From Chitinophagaceae bacterium (GTDB taxonomy: Bacteria; Bacteroidota; Bacteroidia; Chitinophagales; REEL01): DNA of 64,000 bases. The position numbers and the translations under genes are program-made. Each line of letters starts with the position of its first letter. Position 1 is the first letter of the stretch. The stretch covers positions 961 to 64,960 of the forward strand of contig REEL01000107.1 of NCBI GenBank assembly GCA_007695095.1. Reading direction: 5' to 3'. The notes under the pieces are model-generated. The model saw only the letters and a list, made by a program, of their open reading frames with translations, was not told the DNA's origin and did no database searches. Of this stretch, positions 35,336 through 44,699 are shown in pieces.

Positions 35336-36418
35336 ATGAGCAAAAATTACGCCGTAATTATGGCAGGTGGAATAGGCAGTCGATTTTGGCCTAAAAGCAG
35401 GACTGCTTACCCTAAACAATTTATAGATATACTGGGAATAGGCAAAACACTTATTCAGTTGACTTTTGATCGATTAGCTCTAGTTGTTCCCGCTGAAAAT
35501 ATTTATATTATTACAAATGAAAGTTACTATGGGTTGGTAAAAGAACAAATACCAAATATAAAAGACGATAACATTTTGTTAGAGCCTGCAAGAAGAAATA
35601 CGGCACCGTGCATCGCCTACTCCTGCAGTAAAATTTTACATAATGAGCCTGACGCTAACATTTTAATAGCCCCATCTGATCATTTTATTCATGATGAAAT
35701 AAAATTTAAAGACTACGTAAAAAAAGCATTCAGGTATCTCAAACTTAATCCTAAAGCTCTGTTAACATTGGGTATAAAGCCATCCAGGCCGGATGTAAAC
35801 TATGGGTATATTCAATACCATGAAGATAAAGTTGAAGAAGGATTTCATAAAGTAAAAACCTTTACTGAAAAACCAAATGAAGAACTTGCCAAAACTTTTT
35901 TGAAAAGTGGTGATTTTTTATGGAATTCAGGAATTTTTCTTTGGAAAGCGAAAACGATAATGAATGCGTTTACTAAACTTCTTCCGGATATTTATGATGC
36001 ATTTAGAGATGGCAAAAATTATTATTATCGAAAAGGAGAATCCGCTTTTATTAAAAAGGCATATACGCTTTGCACCAATATCTCCATTGATTACGGCGTT
36101 TTAGAAAAATCTAAAAGCGTTTATGTAATGCCTTCCAGTTTCGGTTGGACTGATTTGGGAACATGGGGAAGTCTCTATGATCATTATGAGAAAGATTATT
36201 TAGGAAATGCGGTTTCAGGTAAAAATGTCATTATCTATGATGCCGCAAATTGCATGGTAATGAATTCACAAGATAAATTAATGGTTTTGCAAGGGCTTAA
36301 TGATTATTGCGTGATTGATACTGCGGATGTATTAATCATTCTTAAAAAAGATGAAGAGTCTACTCTAAAAAAGATTATGGCAGATATAAAAATGAAAAAG
36401 GGAGAGCGATTTTTATAA
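35336..36418 (+). CDS. mannose-1-phosphate guanylyltransferase (nucleotidyltransferase-only form)
   Basis: 'VIMAGGIGSRFWPKSR..PKQF' and 'EKPN.E.A..F..SG.FLWNSGIFLW'; 360 aa with no cupin/PMI domain. Confidence 0.85.
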   Translation: MSKNYAVIMAGGIGSRFWPKSRTAYPKQFIDILGIGKTLIQLTFDRLALVVPAENIYIITNESYYGLVKEQIPNIKDDNILLEPARRNTAPCIAYSCSKILHNEPDANILIAPSDHFIHDEIKFKDYVKKAFRYLKLNPKALLTLGIKPSRPDVNYGYIQYHEDKVEEGFHKVKTFTEKPNEELAKTFLKSGDFLWNSGIFLWKAKTIMNAFTKLLPDIYDAFRDGKNYYYRKGESAFIKKAYTLCTNISIDYGVLEKSKSVYVMPSSFGWTDLGTWGSLYDHYEKDYLGNAVSGKNVIIYDAANCMVMNSQDKLMVLQGLNDYCVIDTADVLIILKKDEESTLKKIMADIKMKKGERFL

Positions 36419-36465
36419 TTAGTTATTTGTAGCAGGAATTTAGAAAAAAATCCATCCTAAATTTC

Positions 36466-36473
36466 TAAATTTG
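36466..36473 (+). promoter_or_regulatory. candidate -7 box (TAnnTTTG) for carB
   Basis: 'TAAATTTG' lies 19 nt upstream of ATG 36492. Its TTG is the codon the ORF track used as the carB start. Confidence 0.35.
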
Positions 36474-36491
36474 CACAAAATTTCATCCCTA

Positions 36492-39308
36492 ATGCCCAAA
36501 AATAACTCCATAAAATCTGTTCTAATTATAGGAAGCGGTCCTATTATTATTGGTCAAGCTTGCGAATTTGATTATTCAGGTACTCAAGCGGCTCATTCTC
36601 TAAAAGAAGAAGGCATAGAGGTAACACTGATAAATTCAAATCCCGCGACAATAATGACAGATCCACTCACTGCTGATAATGTTTATTTATTGCCATTGAA
36701 TGTAGATTCTATAGAAGAGGTGTTGCAAAAACATGATATAGATGCGGTCTTGCCGACTATGGGAGGGCAAACAGCTTTAAATTTATGTTTGGAAGCAAAT
36801 GATATCGGACTCTGGGAGAAGTACGGTGTGGAAATGATTGGAGTAGATCCAAATGCAATAGAACTTACAGAAAATAGAGACAAATTCCGTAGCCTGATGA
36901 TTGAATTAGGTGTAGGAGTTGCTAAATCTAAGATTGCAAATTCCTTTTTGGAAGGCAAAGAGGTTGCTCAGGAAATTGGTTTCCCTTTGGTTATTAGATC
37001 TTCCTATACTCTTGGTGGTTCCGGAAGCGGATTTGTTTTGAAAAAAGAAGATTTGGATGTTAAACTGGAAAGAGGGTTAAAATCCTCGCCCAGACATGAA
37101 ATTATTATAGACCAGGCTTTATTAGGCTGGAAAGAGTTTGAACTGGAATTGTTAAGAGATGATAACGACAATGTAGTTATTATATGTACGGTTGAAAATT
37201 TTGATCCTATGGGAATTCATACAGGAGACTCTATAACAGTTGCTCCTGCTATGACACTATCTGATAGAGCTTTTCAGAATATGCGAAATCAGGCAATGAG
37301 AATGATGAGGGCCTTAGGTAAATTTTCCGGTGGTTGTAACGTGCAGTTTGCTTTAAATCCGGAAAATGAAGAACTTATTGCCATTGAAATCAATCCCAGA
37401 GTTTCCAGATCCTCGGCATTAGCATCTAAAGCAACGGGATATCCGATAGCTAAGATAGCAGCAAAGCTGGCTTTAGGTTACACTCTTGACGAATTGAAAA
37501 ATCAAATCACCCAAACAACATCTGCTTTTTTTGAACCGGCATTGGATTATGTTGTGGTAAAAATTCCTCGCTGGAACTTTGATAAATTTAAAGGGTGTAA
37601 TAAAGAACTTGGATTGCAGATGAAATCTGTTGGAGAGGTTATGGCAATTGGAAGAAGCTTTATAGAAGCACTTCAAAAAGCGTGTCAATCTCTTGAAAAT
37701 AATAGATTAGGATTAGGAGCAGATGGAAAAACCTGGACCAGAACCGATGATGTGCTAAGAGAACTTGAAATTGCCTCTGATAATAGAGTTTTTAGGATTA
37801 AAGATGCATTTGAAATGGGTATCCCACTCCAAACTATTCAAAAAATTACCAGAATTGATGAATGGTTTTTAGTGCAAATTCAGGGATTAGTTAAAGCGGA
37901 ATCAGCATTTAGTAAATATAAACGAATAGAAGATATACCGATTGACCACTTGAGGGAAATGAAGCGACTGGGTTATTCCGATGCACAGCTGGCCCATCTG
38001 TTAGGTGCAAATGAAGATGACATTTATAAATTCAGACACGAAAATAATTTAACCAGAACATATAAAATGGTTGATACTTGTGCCGCTGAATTTGAAGCAC
38101 AAACACCTTATTTCTATTCCACTTTTGAGCAGGAAAATGAAAGCAAGCCGACGAATAATAAGAAAGTGATTGTCTTAGGGTCAGGCCCAAACAGAATTGG
38201 TCAGGGAATTGAGTTTGATTATTGTTGTGTGCATGGAATCCGGGCACTGAGAGAAATGGGGTATGAAGCAATTATGGTTAATTGCAATCCGGAAACTGTT
38301 TCTACAGACTTTGATGTTGCTAATAAGCTTTATTTTGAACCCGTTTTTTGGGAACATCTAAAAGAAATTATTGACCTTGAAAAGCCGGAAGGAGTAATTG
38401 TACAATTAGGTGGACAAACGGCTTTGAAATTAGCTGAGAAACTACACACAAATAATATCCCAATAATTGGAACGGCATACCCTGACATGGATCTTGCTGA
38501 AGATAGAGGTGACTTTTCTGATTTGTTGAAAAGGTTAGATATTCCTTATCCGGAGTATGGTGCAGCAACAACAGTTGAAGAAGCAATAGCTGTTGCTGAG
38601 CGAATCGGGTACCCTGTTTTAGTTAGACCATCATATGTATTGGGTGGACAGCGCATGAGAATTGTAATTAATAAAGAAGAACTTGAAAGAGCTGTTCTAA
38701 GTCTATTGAAACATCTGCCCGGAAATAGAATTTTAATTGACCATTTTTTAGACCGCGCAGAAGAAGCAGAAATAGATGCGATCTGCGATGGTGAAGAAGT
38801 AGAGATTATGGGAGTAATGGAACATATTGAGCCGGCCGGTATACATTCAGGTGATTCAAACTCGGTTTTGCCTCCATTCACACTTTCAGATGAGGTAATT
38901 GAAACAATGAAACGATATACCCGTGAACTTGCTTTTGCACTAAATATTAAGGGTTTAATAAATATCCAATTTGCTATTAAAAAGAATCACGTATATGTGA
39001 TTGAGGCTAACCCCAGAGCTTCTCGTTCTATGCCTTTTATTGCAAAAGCCCATAATGTACCTTATCTGAATTATGCCACTAAAATAATGACAGGTAATTA
39101 CAAGTTAAAAGACTTTAAAATTGAACCAAAGTTGGAAGGCTATGCTATTAAGGAACCTGTGTTTTCTTATGATAAATTTCCGGAGATTACTAAAGAATTA
39201 GGCCCTGAAATGAAATCTACCGGCGAAGCCATTCGTTTTATAAAAGATTTAAAAGATCCTTACTTCAGACATTTAATAAATGAAAAATCAATGTTCTTAA
39301 GTAAGTAA
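36492..39308 (+). CDS. carB: carbamoyl-phosphate synthase large subunit, lacking the C-terminal MGS-like allosteric domain
   Basis: Two ATP-grasp halves ('VLIIGSGPIIIGQACEFDYSGTQA' and 'VIVLGSGPNRIGQGIEFDYCCVH') with 'NPRVSRSSALASKATG' and 'NPRASRSMPFIAKA'. The protein ends 27 aa after 'GPEMKSTGEA'. Confidence 0.95.
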   Translation: MPKNNSIKSVLIIGSGPIIIGQACEFDYSGTQAAHSLKEEGIEVTLINSNPATIMTDPLTADNVYLLPLNVDSIEEVLQKHDIDAVLPTMGGQTALNLCLEANDIGLWEKYGVEMIGVDPNAIELTENRDKFRSLMIELGVGVAKSKIANSFLEGKEVAQEIGFPLVIRSSYTLGGSGSGFVLKKEDLDVKLERGLKSSPRHEIIIDQALLGWKEFELELLRDDNDNVVIICTVENFDPMGIHTGDSITVAPAMTLSDRAFQNMRNQAMRMMRALGKFSGGCNVQFALNPENEELIAIEINPRVSRSSALASKATGYPIAKIAAKLALGYTLDELKNQITQTTSAFFEPALDYVVVKIPRWNFDKFKGCNKELGLQMKSVGEVMAIGRSFIEALQKACQSLENNRLGLGADGKTWTRTDDVLRELEIASDNRVFRIKDAFEMGIPLQTIQKITRIDEWFLVQIQGLVKAESAFSKYKRIEDIPIDHLREMKRLGYSDAQLAHLLGANEDDIYKFRHENNLTRTYKMVDTCAAEFEAQTPYFYSTFEQENESKPTNNKKVIVLGSGPNRIGQGIEFDYCCVHGIRALREMGYEAIMVNCNPETVSTDFDVANKLYFEPVFWEHLKEIIDLEKPEGVIVQLGGQTALKLAEKLHTNNIPIIGTAYPDMDLAEDRGDFSDLLKRLDIPYPEYGAATTVEEAIAVAERIGYPVLVRPSYVLGGQRMRIVINKEELERAVLSLLKHLPGNRILIDHFLDRAEEAEIDAICDGEEVEIMGVMEHIEPAGIHSGDSNSVLPPFTLSDEVIETMKRYTRELAFALNIKGLINIQFAIKKNHVYVIEANPRASRSMPFIAKAHNVPYLNYATKIMTGNYKLKDFKIEPKLEGYAIKEPVFSYDKFPEITKELGPEMKSTGEAIRFIKDLKDPYFRHLINEKSMFLSK

Positions 39309-39319
39309 TTCAAGAATAT

Positions 39320-39532
39320 ATGCTCAGATTTTTTGCCTTAGCAATACTAATACTATTGGTTTATTACTATTTACGCTATGTTTTTAGTCGATTTAGTTCA
39401 ACTAAAAGTAAAACAAACTCCTCATCGTTTAAAAAAAAGAGCGATAGTTTTAGCAATAACAATTCTTCAAAAAATAACCGACCCGACTTTAAAGGTGGTG
39501 AATATATAGACTACGAAGAAGTTGATAAGTAA
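39320..39532 (+). CDS. small membrane protein, DUF4834-like
   Basis: 70 aa: an N-terminal TM helix, a Ser/Asn/Lys-rich linker and a C-terminal 'GGEYIDYEEVD' as I recall for DUF4834. Confidence 0.5.
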   Translation: MLRFFALAILILLVYYYLRYVFSRFSSTKSKTNSSSFKKKSDSFSNNNSSKNNRPDFKGGEYIDYEEVDK

Positions 39533-39847
39533 TTTATTGCAAAATAACGGCTCTTTATTACTTTAAAAAACAAGATTAAAATACAGCTTTTTAGTCTTTT
39601 TATTTCTATTTTGAAGACAATATTAAAGAAATAGATTTTCTTCTCTTTTTACTATTGTTAAATCAGTTGACATATGCTTGCAATAAATTATGTGTTTTTT
39701 TGATAAAAAGCATAAAATGGATATAGTGAAATTTACTTGACTCTATCAGTCAGAAATTTAATTCTTAAAAATATTTTTTCGTATTTATTTTTTAAATTCA
39801 GATTTAATAAATATTTTGGTATACTTTTTAAACTTAACTATATCAAA

Positions 39848-40939
39848 ATGAAAAAAGCTCTTTGTTTTATTTGGATATTATCACTGTTATTGATCAATAA
39901 ACTTGATGCACAGGATAATGTTGGAATTGGAACCGTAAATCCGGACCCTTCTGCTATTTTGGAAATAAATTCTATTGAAAAAGGTATTTTAATTCCCAGA
40001 ATGACCAGCACGGAAAGAAACAATATCATTTTACCCGCACAAGGTTTAATGGTTTATGATACAGATGATAACGCTTTTTGGTATTTTGATGGGACTATAT
40101 GGGTCCAGGCAATTGGTCCGCAAGGACCTCAGGGTCCACAGGGTGCTGATGGAGTTGATGGTCTGAGTGCTTATGAAATTTGGTTGAGCTTGGGAAATAC
40201 AGGTACTGAATCTGATTTTATAGCTTCATTGGAAGGACCTCAGGGAGTTGCCGGATCTGATGGACAAGACGGTGAAAGTGCTTATGAAATTTGGTTAAGC
40301 CTTGGCAATGTAGGCACTGAATCTGATTTTATTTCTTCTTTACAAGGTCCGGCCGGTGCAGATGGTCCGACAGGTCCACAGGGACCTGCAGGTGACCCGG
40401 GACCACAAGGTCCTCAGGGGGTTGCCGGTCCAACAGGGCCTCAGGGACCACAAGGTCCACAAGGCGATCCGGGACCCCCTCCATCATCTATTAGTAATTT
40501 AGTAGATGCGCTTTCATTTTCATCAAATACAACAGTTACTCAAACCCCGGGAGCAAATATTAATTACCTTTCTTTACCGGGATTGTCACATACTATAACT
40601 GTGCCGGCAGGACAAACTTATAAAGTAATGGCTGTAGCTTCCGGAACAGCAATTAACTTAGGGTCATTTGCAGACTGTACTGCACAATTTGCGTTTTTCT
40701 ATAATGGAAACTTAACTGACTATGTTATGAGGACTGAAATTTTAGATAATGCTACAACATTAACCTTTGCTTATGGAAACTGGTCATTGAATACAGTCTT
40801 TGTATTAAACGCAGGTACACATACTATAGAAGTTAGAGGTGCCCATTCAGGACCCGGCGGAACCGGAACAAATATTGTTTTGGCGGATGGTGCAGGCTCA
40901 GTAGCTCAAGCCCACATGAGTTTAATGATAATTCGCTAA
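39848..40939 (+). CDS. secreted collagen-like triple-helix-repeat protein with C-terminal beta-rich globular domain
   Basis: I place the start at ATG 39848, giving the signal '[22 protein letters not shown]'; the track's TTG 39737 is rejected. Gly-X-Y runs span 40115-40485, followed by a C-terminal domain of about 150 aa with no T9SS CTD. Confidence 0.8.
   Translation: MKKALCFIWILSLLLINKLDAQDNVGIGTVNPDPSAILEINSIEKGILIPRMTSTERNNIILPAQGLMVYDTDDNAFWYFDGTIWVQAIGPQGPQGPQGADGVDGLSAYEIWLSLGNTGTESDFIASLEGPQGVAGSDGQDGESAYEIWLSLGNVGTESDFISSLQGPAGADGPTGPQGPAGDPGPQGPQGVAGPTGPQGPQGPQGDPGPPPSSISNLVDALSFSSNTTVTQTPGANINYLSLPGLSHTITVPAGQTYKVMAVASGTAINLGSFADCTAQFAFFYNGNLTDYVMRTEILDNATTLTFAYGNWSLNTVFVLNAGTHTIEVRGAHSGPGGTGTNIVLADGAGSVAQAHMSLMIIR
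40166..40387 (+). repeat. 111-bp (37-aa) direct repeat x2 inside the collagen-like gene
   Basis: Both units begin 'AGTGCTTATGAAATTTGGTT' (40166 and 40277) and share 'ACTGAATCTGATTTTA'. They encode '[11 protein letters not shown](T/V)GTESDFI(A/S)SL(E/Q)GP'. Confidence 0.85.
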
Positions 40940-40995
40940 GGGTTTTCCAAAATTTATGTAATAATACCAATGATTTTTTTATCAACTTTTTTCTT

Positions 40996-41271
40996 ATGTT
41001 TTTAACTCTTAAGCTTTTGTTTATATTTTTGATGAGTTCTTTAATTTTAAAAGCTCATCAAACAGACCGAATTGATAATACGAAAAACTCTCAGATGGAG
41101 ATATCTAAAAAATCATCTGAAGATGATGCTGTTATTAATAAAGAAGGGCAGAACAGAGATATGCCGTCATTAAATGAACTTGATGAATACAGAGAGGCAG
41201 ATTCTGAAATTAATAATAGAGAAAGACAAAGTATAAGAAGGGAAATTCCTCAAACAAATTCGCCGGAATAA
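40996..41271 (+). CDS. small secreted acidic protein (hypothetical)
   Basis: 91 aa: signal peptide 'LKLLFIFLMSSLILKA', then low-complexity charged sequence. It sits between co-directional neighbours (56-nt and 11-nt gaps). The coding status has no homology support. Confidence 0.4.
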   Translation: MFLTLKLLFIFLMSSLILKAHQTDRIDNTKNSQMEISKKSSEDDAVINKEGQNRDMPSLNELDEYREADSEINNRERQSIRREIPQTNSPE

Positions 41272-41282
41272 ATATAGCAAAA

Positions 41283-43451
41283 ATGAAAGTAAATAAAAAT
41301 ATTTTGAAAAAATTAGGTGTTACTACTCTATTGATTACACTCAGTATTGGAATGTCTGCTCAATCATTATTTTATAACAATGGAGCAAATATTTTCATTA
41401 ATGATGATGCAGTTGTGATAGTAAAATCATCTACTCTTGAGAATGCTTCCGGGACACTTGTAAACACCGGTACGCTCATAATTGAAGAAGATTTAATTAA
41501 TGGAGATGATTTAAATGCCGGGGGGACTACGGGCTATTTTCAAATATTTGGTGACTGGATAAATAATGGCATTTTTAATGCAGGTGAAAGTGAAGTTGAA
41601 CTTTCGGGAGGGAATCAGCTAATCGGAGGTACTTCAAATTCTGTTTTTTATGATTTGTCACTTTCGGGCTCGGGGATAAAAAGTATTGATTTAGATACCG
41701 AAGTGTCAAATATTTTCGATTTATTAGATAGAGAGTTAGCAACATCATCTAATACCTTATCTGTTACAAATACAAACCCTTTAGCTGTGACCTATACTTC
41801 TGGGTTTGTAAGTAGTGATGTTGGAGGTAAATTATTAAGAAATATGGATTCGGCTGATGAATATTACTTCCCTGTCGGCTCATCTAATATGACAACAAGA
41901 ATCAGACCGGTAGAGATAAATCCACAAAGTACAGATTTACATAGTTTTGGTGTAAGAATGGCAAATTTAGATGCAAATGTAGAAGGTTATGACAGAAATG
42001 CTTTAGATAGTACTTTATGTAGAGTTAACCCGGAATATTTTCATGTAATCGAGCGACTTTCTGGAAACAATTCACCCGACATTTCTATTTTCTACAATCC
42101 TGCTGCTGATGGAAATTGGAACAAAGTTGGCCAGTGGAGAACTTCTTTATGGGAAAACTTAAATACACCGGTAGTTACAACTCAACCTAATTATGAAATT
42201 TTAACTGTTGAAGCTGTGTCGGATTTTACAGACCCCGTATTTGCACTGGCTCATCCGGGACTTATTTTAGATGAAACTTTGACAAATATTGAAGCAGTTA
42301 GCTGCAATGGTGGAAATGACGGTCAGATTAGTGTTAATGTTTCCGGAGGAACATCTCCTTTTAATTACAATTGGAGTGATGGCAACAATAGTTCTACAGC
42401 AGTAAATTTAACTGCCGGAAATTATTCTTTAACCGTAGTTGACGAGAATAATTGTGAATTCTCAACTAACTATACAGTACCTGAGCCGGATGAAATTGCT
42501 CTTGTCCAAAATGTAACTCCTGTATCCTGTAAGGATGGAGATGATGGAATTGCACTCCTTGATGTTTCGGGAGGAACACCGGGCTACGAAATATTTTGGC
42601 CACAGGGAGATACCGGAGTGTTAGCTACCGGTTTAACAGCGGGAACTTATGATGTCTTAATTACAGACATGAATGGCTGCGAAGAGACTTACACAGTTGA
42701 AGTAAGTGAGCTAGATGAACTTATCGTCAGTTTACTTTCTGAAGATATAAGTTGTTTTGGTTATAACGATGGCAGCTTAACTGCCTCAGTAGACGGTGGA
42801 ACAGCTCCATATATTTATAATTGGGATAACTCTAATATTGACAATCCTAATCTTTCAGACCTAGAAGCAGGATCTTATAGCCTAACAGTCACTGATTTAA
42901 ATGGGTGTGAATCTGAAATAAGTGTGCAGATTAACGAACCGGATGCTTTAGTTGTATCAGTTTCTGACGATCAGGTTATTCAGTTGGGAGAATCAGTAGA
43001 TTTAGTTGTAGAGCCACAAGGAGGGAACTCACCTTTTACTTTTGTGTGGTCACCGGATGAGAGCATTCAGGATCCATCGCAATCAACAGTAACAGCCAGC
43101 CCTGAGATTACAACAACTTATACTGTAACAGTAACAGATGCAAATGGCTGTTCTTTTATGGATAAAATACTGGTGATAGTAGATGCAGTTTTATATGATT
43201 TTCCAAATGCATTTAATCCAAACGGATATAATAATGACTTTTTTGTACTAACTAGTCCATTGGTTCAGATAAAAAGTTTTCAGGTGTTTAATCGTTGGGG
43301 AAAGTTACTTTACGACAATGCCTCTTCAGGATGGGACGGAATGTATCAGGGAGAGCTGCAACCAATGGATACCTACGTTTATCAGGCCGTACTTTTATTA
43401 CCTGACGGAAAGGAAGTTAAAGAACAGGGTGATTTTATTTTAATTTGGTAA
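41283..43451 (+). CDS. SprB-repeat adhesin-like protein with T9SS type-B (gliding-motility-associated) C-terminal domain
   Basis: Signal peptide; three SprB-type repeats at 42303-42945 ('CNGGNDGQISVNVSGGTSPFNYNW...VDENNC'). The C-terminus is 'FPNAFNPNGYNNDFF....FQVFNRWGKLLYD...GWDGMYQG...DTYVYQAVLL..G..VKEQGDFILIW'. Confidence 0.88.
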   Translation: MKVNKNILKKLGVTTLLITLSIGMSAQSLFYNNGANIFINDDAVVIVKSSTLENASGTLVNTGTLIIEEDLINGDDLNAGGTTGYFQIFGDWINNGIFNAGESEVELSGGNQLIGGTSNSVFYDLSLSGSGIKSIDLDTEVSNIFDLLDRELATSSNTLSVTNTNPLAVTYTSGFVSSDVGGKLLRNMDSADEYYFPVGSSNMTTRIRPVEINPQSTDLHSFGVRMANLDANVEGYDRNALDSTLCRVNPEYFHVIERLSGNNSPDISIFYNPAADGNWNKVGQWRTSLWENLNTPVVTTQPNYEILTVEAVSDFTDPVFALAHPGLILDETLTNIEAVSCNGGNDGQISVNVSGGTSPFNYNWSDGNNSSTAVNLTAGNYSLTVVDENNCEFSTNYTVPEPDEIALVQNVTPVSCKDGDDGIALLDVSGGTPGYEIFWPQGDTGVLATGLTAGTYDVLITDMNGCEETYTVEVSELDELIVSLLSEDISCFGYNDGSLTASVDGGTAPYIYNWDNSNIDNPNLSDLEAGSYSLTVTDLNGCESEISVQINEPDALVVSVSDDQVIQLGESVDLVVEPQGGNSPFTFVWSPDESIQDPSQSTVTASPEITTTYTVTVTDANGCSFMDKILVIVDAVLYDFPNAFNPNGYNNDFFVLTSPLVQIKSFQVFNRWGKLLYDNASSGWDGMYQGELQPMDTYVYQAVLLLPDGKEVKEQGDFILIW

Positions 43452-43568
43452 ACGTGTATTTGAAAAATTGAATGAAACAATCTATTTTTAACTATATTTA
43501 AACTTCCATAGAAAGTAATTTAAAAAAGATTCAACACAAAACTTACAGTAACAGATTAAACATAAAAT

Positions 43569-44576
43569 ATGAAAAAAATATTTTTTCTTCTCTTTACATG
43601 CATCACTTTGTTTCATGTTAAAGCTCAGGATATTCATTATTCTCAGTTTTATAATTCACCGCTAACTCTAAACCCGGCTTTAACAGGTAAAACTGACGGT
43701 AGTTTTAGAGTGAATGTTAATTATAGAAATCAGTGGTTTGGAATCAGTTCAGAGGGAGCAACTTATGAAACACCTTCCATTTCTTTTGAAAAACCAATTC
43801 GGGTAGGGAAAAATGATGTTTTTGGATTAGGCGTAGTGTTAGTAAATGATCAGTCTTCTGCCGGAAGATTAACAAATTTTTCAGCAATGCTTTCAACGGC
43901 ATATCACAAAAGCCTTGATCAGAATGGAAGACATGTTATCTCTTTAGGTCTTCAGGGGGGATATGCTCAAAAAAGATTAGATTTTGCGAATTTGAAATTT
44001 GCCAGCCAATTTGAAAACATTGGAGGTTGGCAGCATAATCCTGGTTTACCGTCTTTAGAAAACATACCGGAAACAAATGTTGGGAACTTTGATATGCAAG
44101 CAGGTTTACTTTGGACTTCCAGAATTGGCAGTAATGTATTGGCTTATGCAGGATTTTCTATGTTCCACGTGCTTGAACCTGAGCAAAATTTTACCGATGG
44201 CAGCACACTTAAGTTACCCAGAAGGAATGTTGTACATGCCGGAGCAGATTTCGCACTTTCAGACAGATTCTCTTTACTTCCCTCTGTAATTTATATGCAG
44301 CAGGCAAAAGTTGATCAGTTGAATGCAGGACTAGCCGCCGCAATTGATTTTAATGAAGAATCAGCTCTTTATTTAGGCGCATATTATCGTATTGACGATG
44401 CAGTTATTCCCTATGCAGCTTTTGAATTGAGAGGTTTCAAATTAGGCTTAAGTTATGATGTAACAGTTTCTGAACTAAATCAAACGAATGGAAGTATTGA
44501 GTTGTCTTTATCATATACGGGCAGATATACTCCAATGCCTGAAGCTAAACCTTCATTATTTGCACCTAGATTTTAA
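43569..44576 (+). CDS. type IX secretion system membrane protein, PorP/SprF family
   Basis: 335 aa. It has 'AQDIHYSQFYNSPLTLNPALTG' immediately after the signal peptide, beta-barrel patterning throughout, and the expected position directly downstream of a type-B CTD cargo gene. Confidence 0.85.
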   Translation: MKKIFFLLFTCITLFHVKAQDIHYSQFYNSPLTLNPALTGKTDGSFRVNVNYRNQWFGISSEGATYETPSISFEKPIRVGKNDVFGLGVVLVNDQSSAGRLTNFSAMLSTAYHKSLDQNGRHVISLGLQGGYAQKRLDFANLKFASQFENIGGWQHNPGLPSLENIPETNVGNFDMQAGLLWTSRIGSNVLAYAGFSMFHVLEPEQNFTDGSTLKLPRRNVVHAGADFALSDRFSLLPSVIYMQQAKVDQLNAGLAAAIDFNEESALYLGAYYRIDDAVIPYAAFELRGFKLGLSYDVTVSELNQTNGSIELSLSYTGRYTPMPEAKPSLFAPRF

Positions 44577-44699
44577 TTCACGCATATTTAACTATATTTT
44601 TTGAAATTGACATATTAATCTAGTTTAAGGTTAAAGGTCTGACAGAAAAAAATGATTAGTCAACGAACAAAAAAAGCTCTCAAAATAAAAAACGAACAA

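Noticed and set aside
36471-36491. TTG start for carB. I also examined the TTG/GTG upstream starts for the giant gene (15477), the collagen gene (39737), BatD (30273), BatE (32068), the OmpA-TPR gene (44652) and the beta-barrel gene (23505).
   Set aside because: In each case a downstream ATG gives a canonical N-terminus or signal peptide. The carB TTG lies inside a TAnnTTTG promoter-box match, and the 15477 TTG lies inside a hairpin. The starts remain unverified without N-terminal or 5'-end data.
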